This document shows, piece by piece, positions 50,285-59,678 of a DNA stretch of 64,000 bases (the first letter of the stretch is position 1; every line of letters starts with the position of its first letter). The stretch is taken from contig JANNVQ010000049.1 in NCBI GenBank assembly GCA_031414535.1, positions 64,001 through 128,000 on the forward strand, written 5' to 3'. The stretch comes from Gemmatimonas sp. GTDB lineage: Bacteria; Gemmatimonadota; Gemmatimonadetes; Gemmatimonadales; Gemmatimonadaceae. The notes below the pieces were generated by a model. That model worked only from the letters and a program-made list of their open reading frames with translations, was not told where the DNA came from and made no database searches. Position numbers and translations under genes: made by a program.

Positions 50285-51071
50285 CGCACGTCCCCTCCTC
50301 GCCAAGCGAATTGTCGTTACGCGGGCCGCTGCACAGGCGGCTCCGTTGCTCGAGAAGCTGCGCGCGGAGGGGGCCATTCCTGTTGCGACACCGGCCATCC
50401 GTATACTCCCGCCGGATGATCCGACCACGCTACGCGATGCTGCCAACGCAATTGAGAAGTTTGACTGGGCCGTTTTCACGAGCGCGAACGGCGTGCGCGC
50501 GCTGCTCTCGGCGCGAGACGAAGCCGGAGACTGGCCGAGCAAGGTTCGCGTGGCCGCCGTGGGCAATGCCACCGCGCGTGCGCTTACCGAGGCGGGCATT
50601 CATGTGCACTTCCAACCCTCTGCAGCGGTAGCCGAAGCGCTGGGCCGTGAACTTCCCGTAGCAGAGGGCAATGCCCTGCTCTGGCCACGCGGTGATTTGG
50701 CTGGTGTGGAGCTGGCCGCGGCGCTCAGCGCGCGCGGCGTGCGCGTCACAGACATCGTGGCCTACCGCACGGTGGCCGACGTGGAGTTGTTAGGGATTGT
50801 GGATGCGCTTCGAGACCGACGCGTGGACGCCATCACTTTCTCGTCCGCCTCAACGGTGCGCCACGTTGTTGAAGGTCTCGCTGCCGCCGGTGTGCGCATT
50901 GAGCGCCTGCCCGCCGAGTCGCGGCCCCTCATCGTGTGCATTGGTCCTGTAAGCGCCGCCGCCGCCCGCGAGTGCGGCTTGTCCGTAGATGGTATTGCCG
51001 ACCCCAGCGACGACGACGGACTGCTCGCCGCACTGATTCGCAGCTTCGTTAACCGCACGGCCCCCGCCTAA
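50277..51071 (+). CDS. hemD: Uroporphyrinogen-III synthase
   Basis: IVVTRA..QA, FTSANGV, AVGNATA, AYRT, FSSASTV, CIGP. Confidence 0.92.
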   Translation: MADARPLLAKRIVVTRAAAQAAPLLEKLRAEGAIPVATPAIRILPPDDPTTLRDAANAIEKFDWAVFTSANGVRALLSARDEAGDWPSKVRVAAVGNATARALTEAGIHVHFQPSAAVAEALGRELPVAEGNALLWPRGDLAGVELAAALSARGVRVTDIVAYRTVADVELLGIVDALRDRRVDAITFSSASTVRHVVEGLAAAGVRIERLPAESRPLIVCIGPVSAAAARECGLSVDGIADPSDDDGLLAALIRSFVNRTAPA

Positions 51072-51084
51072 GAGGTTCTGCACT

Positions 51085-52101
51085 ATGTACGAGGACGCCA
51101 TCGAAGCATCTACGTCCGTTACTCCTCCCGAGCGGCCGCGGCGTACGCGCCGTACGGCGGCGCTACGTAGCTTTGTGCGCGAGACGCAACTGCACGTGCG
51201 CGATTTTATCCATCCGCTGTTTATCGTCGAAGGGAGCAACATCTCTAAGGCGATTGAGACCATGCCTGGCCACTCGCAGCTGAGCGTGGACAAGCTGGCC
51301 GACGAAATCGCAGAAATTCAGAAGCTCGGCATCACGTCGGTACTGCTGTTCGGCATTCCCAAGCACAAGGACGCCACGGGCACCGGTGCGTGGAATAAGG
51401 ATGGCCCCGTGCCACGCGCCATTCGCGAGATCAAGCGACTCGCACCCAACATGTTGATTATCGCCGACGTGTGCTTGTGCGAATACACCTCGCATGGACA
51501 CTGCGGCGTGGTGCGCGACGAATCTGGCATCGTCATCAACGACGAGACCATTCCCCTGCTCGGCAAGGCCGCTGTGTGCTACGCAGAGGCTGGCGTGGAC
51601 ATCGTGGCCCCCAGCGCGATGATGGACGGGCAGGTGGCGGCCATCAGGCATGCGCTCGACGAAGCTGGCCAAATTGATATGCCCATCCTGAGCTACGCGG
51701 CCAAGCATGCGTCGGCGTTCTATGGCCCGTTTCGCGATGCGGCCGAAAGCCCGCCCAGCTTTGGGGATCGCCGTGCGTACCAGATGGATCCCGCCAACTC
51801 GCGCGAGGCGCTTCGCGAAGTGCAGCTCGATGTAGACGAAGGCGCCGATCTCCTGATGGTCAAGCCCGCCGGTTCAGCGCTCGATATCATCTTTCAGGTG
51901 CGCGCGCACTTTCCGCATCCGCTCGTGGCGTATCAAGTGAGCGGCGAGTACGCGATGTTGAAGGCCGCCGCGCAGCGCGGTTGGCTCGAAGAGCCGCGCG
52001 CCGCTCTTGAGTCCCTCCTCGCCATTAAGCGCGCGGGAGCAGAACGCATCATTACCTACTACGCCAAAGAGGCTGCACGATGGCTGTCCACGGCGGGTTG
52101 A
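51085..52101 (+). CDS. hemB: Porphobilinogen synthase (Zn-type)
   Basis: [42 protein letters not shown]. Confidence 0.97.
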   Translation: MYEDAIEASTSVTPPERPRRTRRTAALRSFVRETQLHVRDFIHPLFIVEGSNISKAIETMPGHSQLSVDKLADEIAEIQKLGITSVLLFGIPKHKDATGTGAWNKDGPVPRAIREIKRLAPNMLIIADVCLCEYTSHGHCGVVRDESGIVINDETIPLLGKAAVCYAEAGVDIVAPSAMMDGQVAAIRHALDEAGQIDMPILSYAAKHASAFYGPFRDAAESPPSFGDRRAYQMDPANSREALREVQLDVDEGADLLMVKPAGSALDIIFQVRAHFPHPLVAYQVSGEYAMLKAAAQRGWLEEPRAALESLLAIKRAGAERIITYYAKEAARWLSTAG

Positions 52102-52112
52102 CCCCCGCTCCC

Positions 52113-53399
52113 ATGAAGACCTCCCCGAGCGCTGAGTCTGAAGCGCTGTTCGCCCGCGCACGTGATGTGATGCCTGGTGGCGTGAGCTCGCCGGTACGTG
52201 CCTTTCGTTCTGTGGGCGGTACGCCGCGCTTCATGACCAAGGCCAAGGGCCCGTACATGTGGGACGCCGACGGCACCCGCTACGTGGACTACGTGCTGTC
52301 CTGGGGCCCAATGATTTTGGGCCACTGCCATCCAGAAGTTGTGGAAGCGGTGCGCGAGCAGGTTGGCGTTGCCATGAGTTTCGGCGCGCCATCTCCGTTG
52401 GAGGCCCAGCTCGCGGAGAAGGTGATTTCCATGGTCCCAAGCGTGGAGATGGTGCGCTTTGTCTCCAGTGGTACCGAAGCCACGATGAGCGCCATCCGTT
52501 TGGCGCGCGCCGTCACCGGGCGCAACAAGATCATCAAGTTCGCCGGCTGCTATCACGGCCACGGGGATTCTTTCCTCGTGCAAGCGGGTTCAGGCGTTGC
52601 GACGCTCGGCCTTCCCGATTCACCAGGCGTCACGCCCGCGACCGTGGCGGATACCTTAACCGCGCCCTACAACAGTGTGGCCGCCGTTGAGCAGTTGATT
52701 GACGCGCACCGCGATCAGGTTGCGGCCGTGATTGTGGAACCCGTGGTCGGCAACGCGGGATTCATCTTGCCGCAACCTGGCTTCCTCGAGGGACTGCGTG
52801 CGCTCTGCACCAAGACCGGCGCTCTGCTCATCTTTGACGAGGTGATGACGGGGTTCCGCGTTTCACTCGGCGGCGCACAGCACAAGTTCAATGTCATGCC
52901 AGACATCACCACGCTCGGCAAGGTGATTGGCGGCGGTATGCCCTGCGGCGCCTACGCGGGTCGCAAAGACATCATGGAGCACGTGGCGCCTGCGGGCAGC
53001 ATGTATCAGGCGGGCACGCTGAGCGGCAATCCCGTTGCGATGGTGAGCGGGCTCAAGACGTTGGAGATTCTTTCGCGCCCAGGCGTGTTTGAAAAGGCCG
53101 AGCGCGCAGCCTCGCAGACCGTGAAGATGTTGACCGCGTGGGCTCGAGGGCACGGCATTCCCTTCCAAGCCGCGCACGCCGGCACGATGTGGGGCAGCTT
53201 CTTCACCAACACACCGGTGGTGGACTACGAAACCGCCAAGACCGCGGACACCGCACGCTACGGCCGCTTCTTTCACGCGATGCTCGCGGAAGGTGTGTAT
53301 TTGGCGCCGAGCCAGTTTGAGGCGGCGTTCACTTCGGCTGAGCACGATGATTTGGTGCTTGGGCAGGTCACCGCGGCGCTCTCGCGAATCAGCGTGTGA
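52113..53399 (+). CDS. hemL: Glutamate-1-semialdehyde 2,1-aminomutase
   Basis: [51 protein letters not shown]. Confidence 0.97.
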   Translation: MKTSPSAESEALFARARDVMPGGVSSPVRAFRSVGGTPRFMTKAKGPYMWDADGTRYVDYVLSWGPMILGHCHPEVVEAVREQVGVAMSFGAPSPLEAQLAEKVISMVPSVEMVRFVSSGTEATMSAIRLARAVTGRNKIIKFAGCYHGHGDSFLVQAGSGVATLGLPDSPGVTPATVADTLTAPYNSVAAVEQLIDAHRDQVAAVIVEPVVGNAGFILPQPGFLEGLRALCTKTGALLIFDEVMTGFRVSLGGAQHKFNVMPDITTLGKVIGGGMPCGAYAGRKDIMEHVAPAGSMYQAGTLSGNPVAMVSGLKTLEILSRPGVFEKAERAASQTVKMLTAWARGHGIPFQAAHAGTMWGSFFTNTPVVDYETAKTADTARYGRFFHAMLAEGVYLAPSQFEAAFTSAEHDDLVLGQVTAALSRISV

Positions 53400-53404
53400 G
53401 CTGC

Positions 53405-53427
53405 GCATCCGTCATCCGTCATCCGTC
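53405..53427. repeat. (ATCCGTC)3 arm between the hemL stop and the tRNA-Cys 3' end
   Basis: GCATCCGTCATCCGTCATCCGTC. Confidence 0.8.
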
Positions 53428-53435
53428 GAGTTCAG

Positions 53436-53507
53436 AGGCGCCGGTCGGAATCGAACCGACGAATAGGAGATTTGCAGTCTCCCGCCTTACCACTTGGCCA
53501 CGGCGCC
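53436..53507 (-). tRNA. tRNA-Cys(GCA), CCA not encoded
   Basis: GGCGCCG acceptor stem, GGAGA-CTGCAAA-TCTCC anticodon arm, GGTTCGATTCC T arm, U discriminator. Confidence 0.95.
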
Positions 53508-53586
53508 GTGAGGGAGAAAGCTAGCCGGGGGCAGGCTCTATCTCAACCGAAAAGCGCCTGCGGATGGCAAAATCGGCCCGCCGCCC

Positions 53587-53611
53587 AAACGTTCGGCAGG
53601 GGGCTGGCGTC
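53587..53611 (+). promoter_or_regulatory. Possible ECF-sigma promoter
   Basis: AAAC-N17-CGTC, 27 nt upstream of ATG 53639. Confidence 0.35.
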
Positions 53612-53638
53612 CTATTGGATGTCCTCGATCCCACCCCT

Positions 53639-56600
53639 ATGCGCTCCGTAACACCTGCCGCGGGCTTTCTCCTTGCCCTTGCCCTCGCCCTCGGCCTTAG
53701 CCCCGCCCTGCTTCCCGCCCAGACGGGAAATGGGACCGAGATCATTGTTGGCCGCGTTCTCGACACCCAAGGCCAGCCGATTGTCGGCGCCAGGGTGGAT
53801 GCGACATCTATAGAGACGCAGACTACGCGGGGCCGCACGACAAACGACCGCGGGCAATTCACGATTCTCTTTCCCGACGGGAGCGGTCAGTACCGCGTGA
53901 CCGCGCGCGCCATCGGCTACGCGCCGGCCACGCAGACCGTCATCCGCCAGTCCGACGAGGACCGGCTGGAGGTGACCCTGCGTTTGCAGAAGTCCGCGCA
54001 GACCCTCCAGCAGTTCGTGGTCTCGGCGAATCGTGGTCCATTGCAGAGCAACGCCGACCGCCCCACGCCTGGTACAACCGAGCGCGTGCTCTCGGGCGAT
54101 CAGTTGTACCGCCTGCCGGTCGATGCCTCGGATCCAAGCGCACTCGCCGGACTTTCAGCGGGCGTCGTGACATTGGGCGGCACGGATTCCTCGTCCTCCG
54201 CCTTCTCTGTTGCTGGTCAGCGCGTGGATCAGAACCAAGTGACGCTGGATGGCTTGAGTTTCGGCACCGGTAGCGTTCCGCAGGAGGCCGTGCGTACGAG
54301 CCGTGTGGTCACTTCCACGTACGACGTTGCACGCGGGCAATTCACTGGCGGCCAAGTCTCGAGCACGACTCGCAGCGGCAGCAACGTGATTCAGGGGTCG
54401 CTTGGGTACGATCTGCGCACACCCGAGATGCAGTTCTACGACGACGAGGCCGTGCAGTTTGGCCAGCCGTACACGCAGAACCAATACTCGTTTGGTTTGG
54501 GTGGGCCAATCGTGAAGGACAAGGTGTTTTGGTTTGGCTCGGCGCAGTTTCGCACGCGTTCGGATGGCCTGCAGAGTTTGCTCACCGGCAACGAGGTGGT
54601 GTTCCAGCGCTTCGGCGTCTCTGAAGACTCCGCGCAGCGCTTTCTCGATCTCGTGACAGGGTACGGACTGCCTCCGCGCGTGGACGGCATTCCCTCGCGC
54701 CGCCTGTCAGAGAATCTCTCCACGCTTGCTCGCCTCGACTGGGTGCTGAGCGACAAGCACACCGTCACACTCCGCGGCGACTGGCGTTTTGGTGTGCAAG
54801 ATGGCCAGCGCATCTCGGCCTTGAGCGTGCCGCACTATGGCGGCGATCTCAATTCGCTGGGTGGCGGTGTGCTCGCCTCGCTCATCTCGCAGTTCGACAA
54901 CGGACTCATCAATGAGTTCCGACTCTACGGCGCCATTGATGAGCGCGACACGCGTCCCTATCTCGTAGCGCCTGCCGGGCGCGTGCTGGTGATTTCTGAT
55001 TTCACGGACGGCACGAGCAGTGTCGCCGCTCTGTCGTTTGGCGGAAACGGTGCGCTGCCGCAGGACGTGGCCAACGACCAGCTCGAGGCCACCAACGAAC
55101 TGTCATGGATTTCCAATGATGGCGCCCATCGCGTGAAGCTTGGCGGCCTCGTGAATCTCAGTAACTACAACCAAGACTACGCGACCAACCGCAGCGGCAC
55201 CTTCGTCTTCAACTCGCTTGCTGATCTCGAGGCCAATACCCCGTCGCAGTTCACGCGCACCTTGGCGCCGTCGGAGCGCAATGGTGGCATCACGAACAGC
55301 GCGCTCTACCTAGGGGATACTTGGCGCGTGTCGCGGGCATTTCAGATGACCTACGGTGCACGGCTCGAGCACTCGAGCTACCAAGGGGCGCCCGCGTACA
55401 ATCCTGCCGTGGACGCCGATTTTGGTCGGCGCACCGATCGCTTTCCGAGTGAAGTGCATCTGAGTCCACGTGCTGGATTCACGTGGACGCTTGGCCTGCC
55501 GCCGCAGGGCCAGCCCGGCGCGGCACCCGCGGGCGGAACGGTAGGCGGCCCAGGAGGTGGCTTCCCGGGAGGAGGCGGTGGTGGCCGCGGCGGGATGGGA
55601 GGAGGAATGGGTGGCGGGCCTGGCGGCGCAGGAGGCATGGGCGGCGCGGGCGGTCCGTTTGCAGGACTCGCCACCACCATCATTCGCGGCGGGATTGGTG
55701 AGTTCCGTGGCCGCGCACCCAACGGATTGTTCACGGGAGCGATTGACGCCACCGGTTTGCCGAGCGGCGAGTCGCAGTTGATTTGCGTCGGATCACAGGT
55801 ACCAACACCTGACTGGTCGCAGTATCTGGCGGATCCCACTTCGATTCCCAGCACCTGCATCAATGGCGGCGGTGGCGGGCCCGTGTTCACGCAGCGCCCC
55901 AACGTGACAACCTTCGACGACAATTTCGTTGCGCCCCGTTCTTGGCGCGCTTCCCTTGGCGTGCAGCGCCGCTTCTTTCAGCGGCTCAACGTCACCTTTG
56001 ATGTGTCGTACGCGCTGGGGACGGCATTGTACGGCGTGCGGGATCTCAACTTCGACGCGAATCCGCAATTCACACTCGCAGATGAAGACAACCGCCCCGT
56101 GTTTGTGCGGCCCATCTTCATTGTGCCCGCATCCGGCATCGTGAACAATCTCGCGTCGCGCGCGAACATCAATTACGGCAGCGTGTTCGCGGTGGGCTCC
56201 AACCTCGGGTCCGACACACGGCAAGCTACGCTCGGAGTCAATGGCTTCTTGCGCAACGGCATGCTGCTCAGCGCCAGCTACACGTATGCGCGCTCGCGAG
56301 ATCAGTCCTCATTCTCCTGTTGCAACGCGCAGCAAGCCTTCGGCTCACCCACGACTGCCGGCAATCCCAACGAAACGCCGTGGGGCACCAGCGACCTTGA
56401 GCGCCGCCATGTCATCGTGACCACTCTGACGATGCCGCTGCATCCGTCGCTCGAGTTCACGATGATAGGCCGCGCCACGTCGGGGCAGCCGTATACGCCG
56501 CGCGTAGCCAATGACATCAACGGCGACGGCGCACGCAACGACCGCGCCTTCATTTTTGATCCCGCAACGGCAGCGGATCCCGCACTTGCCGCGGCCATGC

Positions 56601-57511
56601 AGAACCTGCTCGATGGTGCCACGCCGGGCGTCCGCGACTGCTTGGCTTCACAACTCGGCCAACTCGCAGCACGCAACAGCTGCTTTGCGCCGTGGTTCCC
56701 CTCGTTGGACCTTCGCGTCAATTATCGCCCTGACCGACTCGGACTCAAGCGCAACCTGATGATTTCGCTACAGCTGGTGAATCCGCTTGCTGGCTTGGAC
56801 CGAATCGTAAACGGCAACGAGGAGGAAGGCTGGGGTCAGCCGCGACGTATTGATCCCAACCTCCTGTATGTGACGAGCTTTGATCAGGCGCAGCAGCGCT
56901 TTGTGTACACGGTGAACGAGCGCTTCGGCGATGCCACTGGATCGCTCAGCGGCGGCCGTGGCGTGGGACAGCAGTTGAATCCCTTTCAGGTGGCGCTGCA
57001 GTTTCGCTACACGGTAGGCCCAGACCGCACGCGTGACGCGATGCTCGCGGCGCAGGCGGCGGCGCGCGGTGGGCGCGGGGGAGCGGGCGGGGCTGGTGGC
57101 GGTGATATGAGCGCGCTCGTGCGCCGGTTCGCTCAGAATCCCTTCCAGCAGACGCTCGCACTCAAGGATTCGCTCGCACTCGATAGCGCGCAGGTCGTAC
57201 GACTTGACGCGTTCCGCGAGGCTTTCGATGGCCGTGTGAATACCTTGGCCGCAAATGTACAGGAACGCTTGCAGCGCATTGGCAATAACGCCGACCCGCA
57301 GGCCGCAATGCAGCAGCTCCAGGGCCCGCTTGCTGACGCACAACGAATTCGCGCCGAAGCCCTGACCGCGCTACAGGGCCTGCTCACGCCGGAGCAGTGG
57401 GCCAAGTTGCCACCACGGATTAAGAATCCGCAGCAGGGGTTCCCGGGCGGTACAGGCCAGGGCGGCACGGGTCCTGGCGGTGGACAAAGACCGGCCGGCC
57501 GCGTGCCGTGA
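53639..57511 (+). CDS. TonB-dependent receptor-like protein with N-terminal carboxypeptidase-regulatory-like domain and C-terminal helical extension
   Basis: Signal peptide, IVGRVLD..GQPIVGARV, plug NQVTLDG...GQFTGGQV..TTRSG.N, SPRAGFTW, DINGDG..ND, terminal strand FQVALQFRYTV. Confidence 0.85.
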   Translation: MRSVTPAAGFLLALALALGLSPALLPAQTGNGTEIIVGRVLDTQGQPIVGARVDATSIETQTTRGRTTNDRGQFTILFPDGSGQYRVTARAIGYAPATQTVIRQSDEDRLEVTLRLQKSAQTLQQFVVSANRGPLQSNADRPTPGTTERVLSGDQLYRLPVDASDPSALAGLSAGVVTLGGTDSSSSAFSVAGQRVDQNQVTLDGLSFGTGSVPQEAVRTSRVVTSTYDVARGQFTGGQVSSTTRSGSNVIQGSLGYDLRTPEMQFYDDEAVQFGQPYTQNQYSFGLGGPIVKDKVFWFGSAQFRTRSDGLQSLLTGNEVVFQRFGVSEDSAQRFLDLVTGYGLPPRVDGIPSRRLSENLSTLARLDWVLSDKHTVTLRGDWRFGVQDGQRISALSVPHYGGDLNSLGGGVLASLISQFDNGLINEFRLYGAIDERDTRPYLVAPAGRVLVISDFTDGTSSVAALSFGGNGALPQDVANDQLEATNELSWISNDGAHRVKLGGLVNLSNYNQDYATNRSGTFVFNSLADLEANTPSQFTRTLAPSERNGGITNSALYLGDTWRVSRAFQMTYGARLEHSSYQGAPAYNPAVDADFGRRTDRFPSEVHLSPRAGFTWTLGLPPQGQPGAAPAGGTVGGPGGGFPGGGGGGRGGMGGGMGGGPGGAGGMGGAGGPFAGLATTIIRGGIGEFRGRAPNGLFTGAIDATGLPSGESQLICVGSQVPTPDWSQYLADPTSIPSTCINGGGGGPVFTQRPNVTTFDDNFVAPRSWRASLGVQRRFFQRLNVTFDVSYALGTALYGVRDLNFDANPQFTLADEDNRPVFVRPIFIVPASGIVNNLASRANINYGSVFAVGSNLGSDTRQATLGVNGFLRNGMLLSASYTYARSRDQSSFSCCNAQQAFGSPTTAGNPNETPWGTSDLERRHVIVTTLTMPLHPSLEFTMIGRATSGQPYTPRVANDINGDGARNDRAFIFDPATAADPALAAAMQNLLDGATPGVRDCLASQLGQLAARNSCFAPWFPSLDLRVNYRPDRLGLKRNLMISLQLVNPLAGLDRIVNGNEEEGWGQPRRIDPNLLYVTSFDQAQQRFVYTVNERFGDATGSLSGGRGVGQQLNPFQVALQFRYTVGPDRTRDAMLAAQAAARGGRGGAGGAGGGDMSALVRRFAQNPFQQTLALKDSLALDSAQVVRLDAFREAFDGRVNTLAANVQERLQRIGNNADPQAAMQQLQGPLADAQRIRAEALTALQGLLTPEQWAKLPPRIKNPQQGFPGGTGQGGTGPGGGQRPAGRVP

Positions 57512-57524
57512 ACTCCGCGGCCGC

Positions 57525-57944
57525 TCGGATGCGCTGCAGGGAGAATTGCTCGACGTGCTCGAGGCCGCCAAGGGCGTGATGGCTGCGCATCCCGTGCTCG
57601 GTCCGCTGTCCTTCAGCTTGCTATGAGCGCTCTCCGCACTGCTGGCCGCGGTGTCGAGCCCGGTGCTCGTACCATCGGCCATCTATAACATGGGGAGCGC
57701 CACTCACCGTGCTGATGCTCTGGATTGGCTGGTCGCTTGGCGGACTGCTGTCCTACACGATTGCCCTAACGTTCGGCCGACGCGTGCTTCGCTGGATGGT
57801 CTCCGAAAAACGCTAGCGCGGGGCCAGCATCTCCTCGACAAGCGTCCACGATTTCTGTCGGTGCTGCTGCATCTCACCTTGCCCTCCGAGATTCCTGGCC
57901 ACCCCCTTGGGCTCGCGCGGGTCATCCGAGCGCGGGATGCTTGA
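57525..57944 (+). pseudogene. Degraded VTT/TVP38 (DedA superfamily) membrane protein gene
   Basis: Stitched reading AAHPVLG..LL*ALSALLAAVSSPVLVPSAIY/TWGAPLTVLMLWIGWSLGGLLSYTIALTFGRR.../..LPSEIPGHPLGLAR; TGA at 57624, frameshifts near 57687 and 57788. Confidence 0.6.
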
Positions 57945-59610
57945 GGTGAAAATCTGTCGCCTGCTGATACGCGTTCGCCACACGAAGTAGCGTGGCTTCA
58001 TCAAAGAGCCGACCCACGAAGGTCAATGACACGGGCGTACCGTTCTCGCGGAAACCGTGCGGCAGGATGACGGCGGGATGGCCCGTGAGATTGGTGGCCA
58101 AGAGTTGTCCCGAGTTTGTTGGCGCGACGATGACATCCACGCGGTCCATCAATGACTCCCAGCTGCGCATGACCTGAGTGCGCACACGGTTGGCGTTGAT
58201 GTAGTCCACCGCCGGAATGAAGCGCGACTCACGGAACGTCTGTGGCCAGGAGTTGGGGCCCTGCCCTGCGAGCTCCGCGACGCGACCAGAACGCGTGAGG
58301 TCGTCAAACGCAGCTCCCGCTTCCGCCGTCAGGATGATGCGCAACGCGGCATACGGATGCTCGGGGACCTCCACGTCAATGAGCGAAACGCCGAGTCCGG
58401 CCATCACCTGCAACGCGGCCGTGTCGAAGGGCTTCGTCGCCGTCTGCCGCTCGAAGTCCGCGCGCATCACGCCCACCCGCACTCCTCTCACGCTGGCATT
58501 GCCGTCCCAGCTGTAGGGCGCGGCGTGCACGGTGGAGTCTTGATCGTCCGGGCCGTGCAGCGCGCTGAACACCACGGCGCAATCCTCCACCGAGCGTGCC
58601 AGCGGTCCCAGCTTGTCCATCGTCCAACTCAGTGCCATCGCCCCGGTCCGCGGCACGCGACCAAACGTGGGACGCAAGCCCGTCGCGCCACAGCGCGTGC
58701 TCGGCGACGAGATGGAGCCCAATGTTTCGGAGCCAATGGCGAAGCCCACCGCGCCTGCGGCGGCGGCAGAAGCGGAGCCAGCCGAAGAACCGCTCGAGCC
58801 CTGCGTCAAATCCCACGGATTGCGCGTCATGCCGCCAAACCACACATCACCTTGCGCAAGCTCGCCCAACGTGAGCTTGGCGATGAGCACCGCGCCGGCT
58901 TCATCAAGACGCTTCACGACGGTGGCGTCGGTGTCGAAGCGCTGCTCGCGGTACGGCGCCGCGCCCCAGGTCGTGGGTGCACCGGCCACCGCGAGCAGAT
59001 CCTTGGCGCCCCACGGGATGCCATGCAACGGACCCTTGTAGCGTCCCCGTGCGATTTCTGCGTCGGCGGCGCGCGCCTTCGTCAGTGCACGCTCGCGCAA
59101 CACCGTGGTGGCGAACATGAGTTGCGGATTCAGTCGCTCGAGGCGGTCCAGATACATCGTCGTGAGTCGCTCTGAGGTCACCACCCGGCGACGCACGAGA
59201 TTCGCCAAAGTCGTGAGCGGTGCGTAGGCCAACTCCGCATCCGTCGGCGGTAGTACCGCGTTCGGACGCTGCGTAAGCACTGGCGGCCGGCTCTCACCTT
59301 TGGGCAGCGCACTGGGACGCGGCAGCGCCGAGAAGCTGATGGCCGGCGCGACGTCGTTTGGCAGCGTCACCTCATGCAGCGCGGCCAGGCCCGTGGCTTG
59401 GCGACGCAGCCCGTTCACAAGCGCTTCTCGCTGGGCTTCGGTGAACTGAACGCCAGCAATCTCCTCGGCGGCAGCCACTGATGCCGTGGTGATCTCGGCG
59501 CCTTCCGCGACCTTGGCCCAGAGCACGCCAGGCAACAGGGAACCGGCCACGCCGAGCGCCGAGAAGTGGGTGAGGAAGTTGCGGCGAGTTTCGGCGAGCG
59601 ATGACGACAT
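57922..59610 (-). CDS. Amidase-signature enzyme with Tat signal
   Basis: TRRNFL twin-arginine, GPLHGIPWGAKD, GSSGSSAG, IGSETLGSISSP. Confidence 0.9.
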   Translation of the reverse strand: MSSSLAETRRNFLTHFSALGVAGSLLPGVLWAKVAEGAEITTASVAAAEEIAGVQFTEAQREALVNGLRRQATGLAALHEVTLPNDVAPAISFSALPRPSALPKGESRPPVLTQRPNAVLPPTDAELAYAPLTTLANLVRRRVVTSERLTTMYLDRLERLNPQLMFATTVLRERALTKARAADAEIARGRYKGPLHGIPWGAKDLLAVAGAPTTWGAAPYREQRFDTDATVVKRLDEAGAVLIAKLTLGELAQGDVWFGGMTRNPWDLTQGSSGSSAGSASAAAAGAVGFAIGSETLGSISSPSTRCGATGLRPTFGRVPRTGAMALSWTMDKLGPLARSVEDCAVVFSALHGPDDQDSTVHAAPYSWDGNASVRGVRVGVMRADFERQTATKPFDTAALQVMAGLGVSLIDVEVPEHPYAALRIILTAEAGAAFDDLTRSGRVAELAGQGPNSWPQTFRESRFIPAVDYINANRVRTQVMRSWESLMDRVDVIVAPTNSGQLLATNLTGHPAVILPHGFRENGTPVSLTFVGRLFDEATLLRVANAYQQATDFHLKHPALG

Positions 59611-59678
59611 GAGGGTAGCCTGGTGAAGGTTCGTGACGAGTGTAATGTGTCGCGATGGGGCGCCGAGCGCGATATTGT

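Noticed and set aside
57704..57925. 73-aa minus-strand ORF after the amidase
   Set aside because: No motif; the region is better explained by the + strand VTT pseudogene
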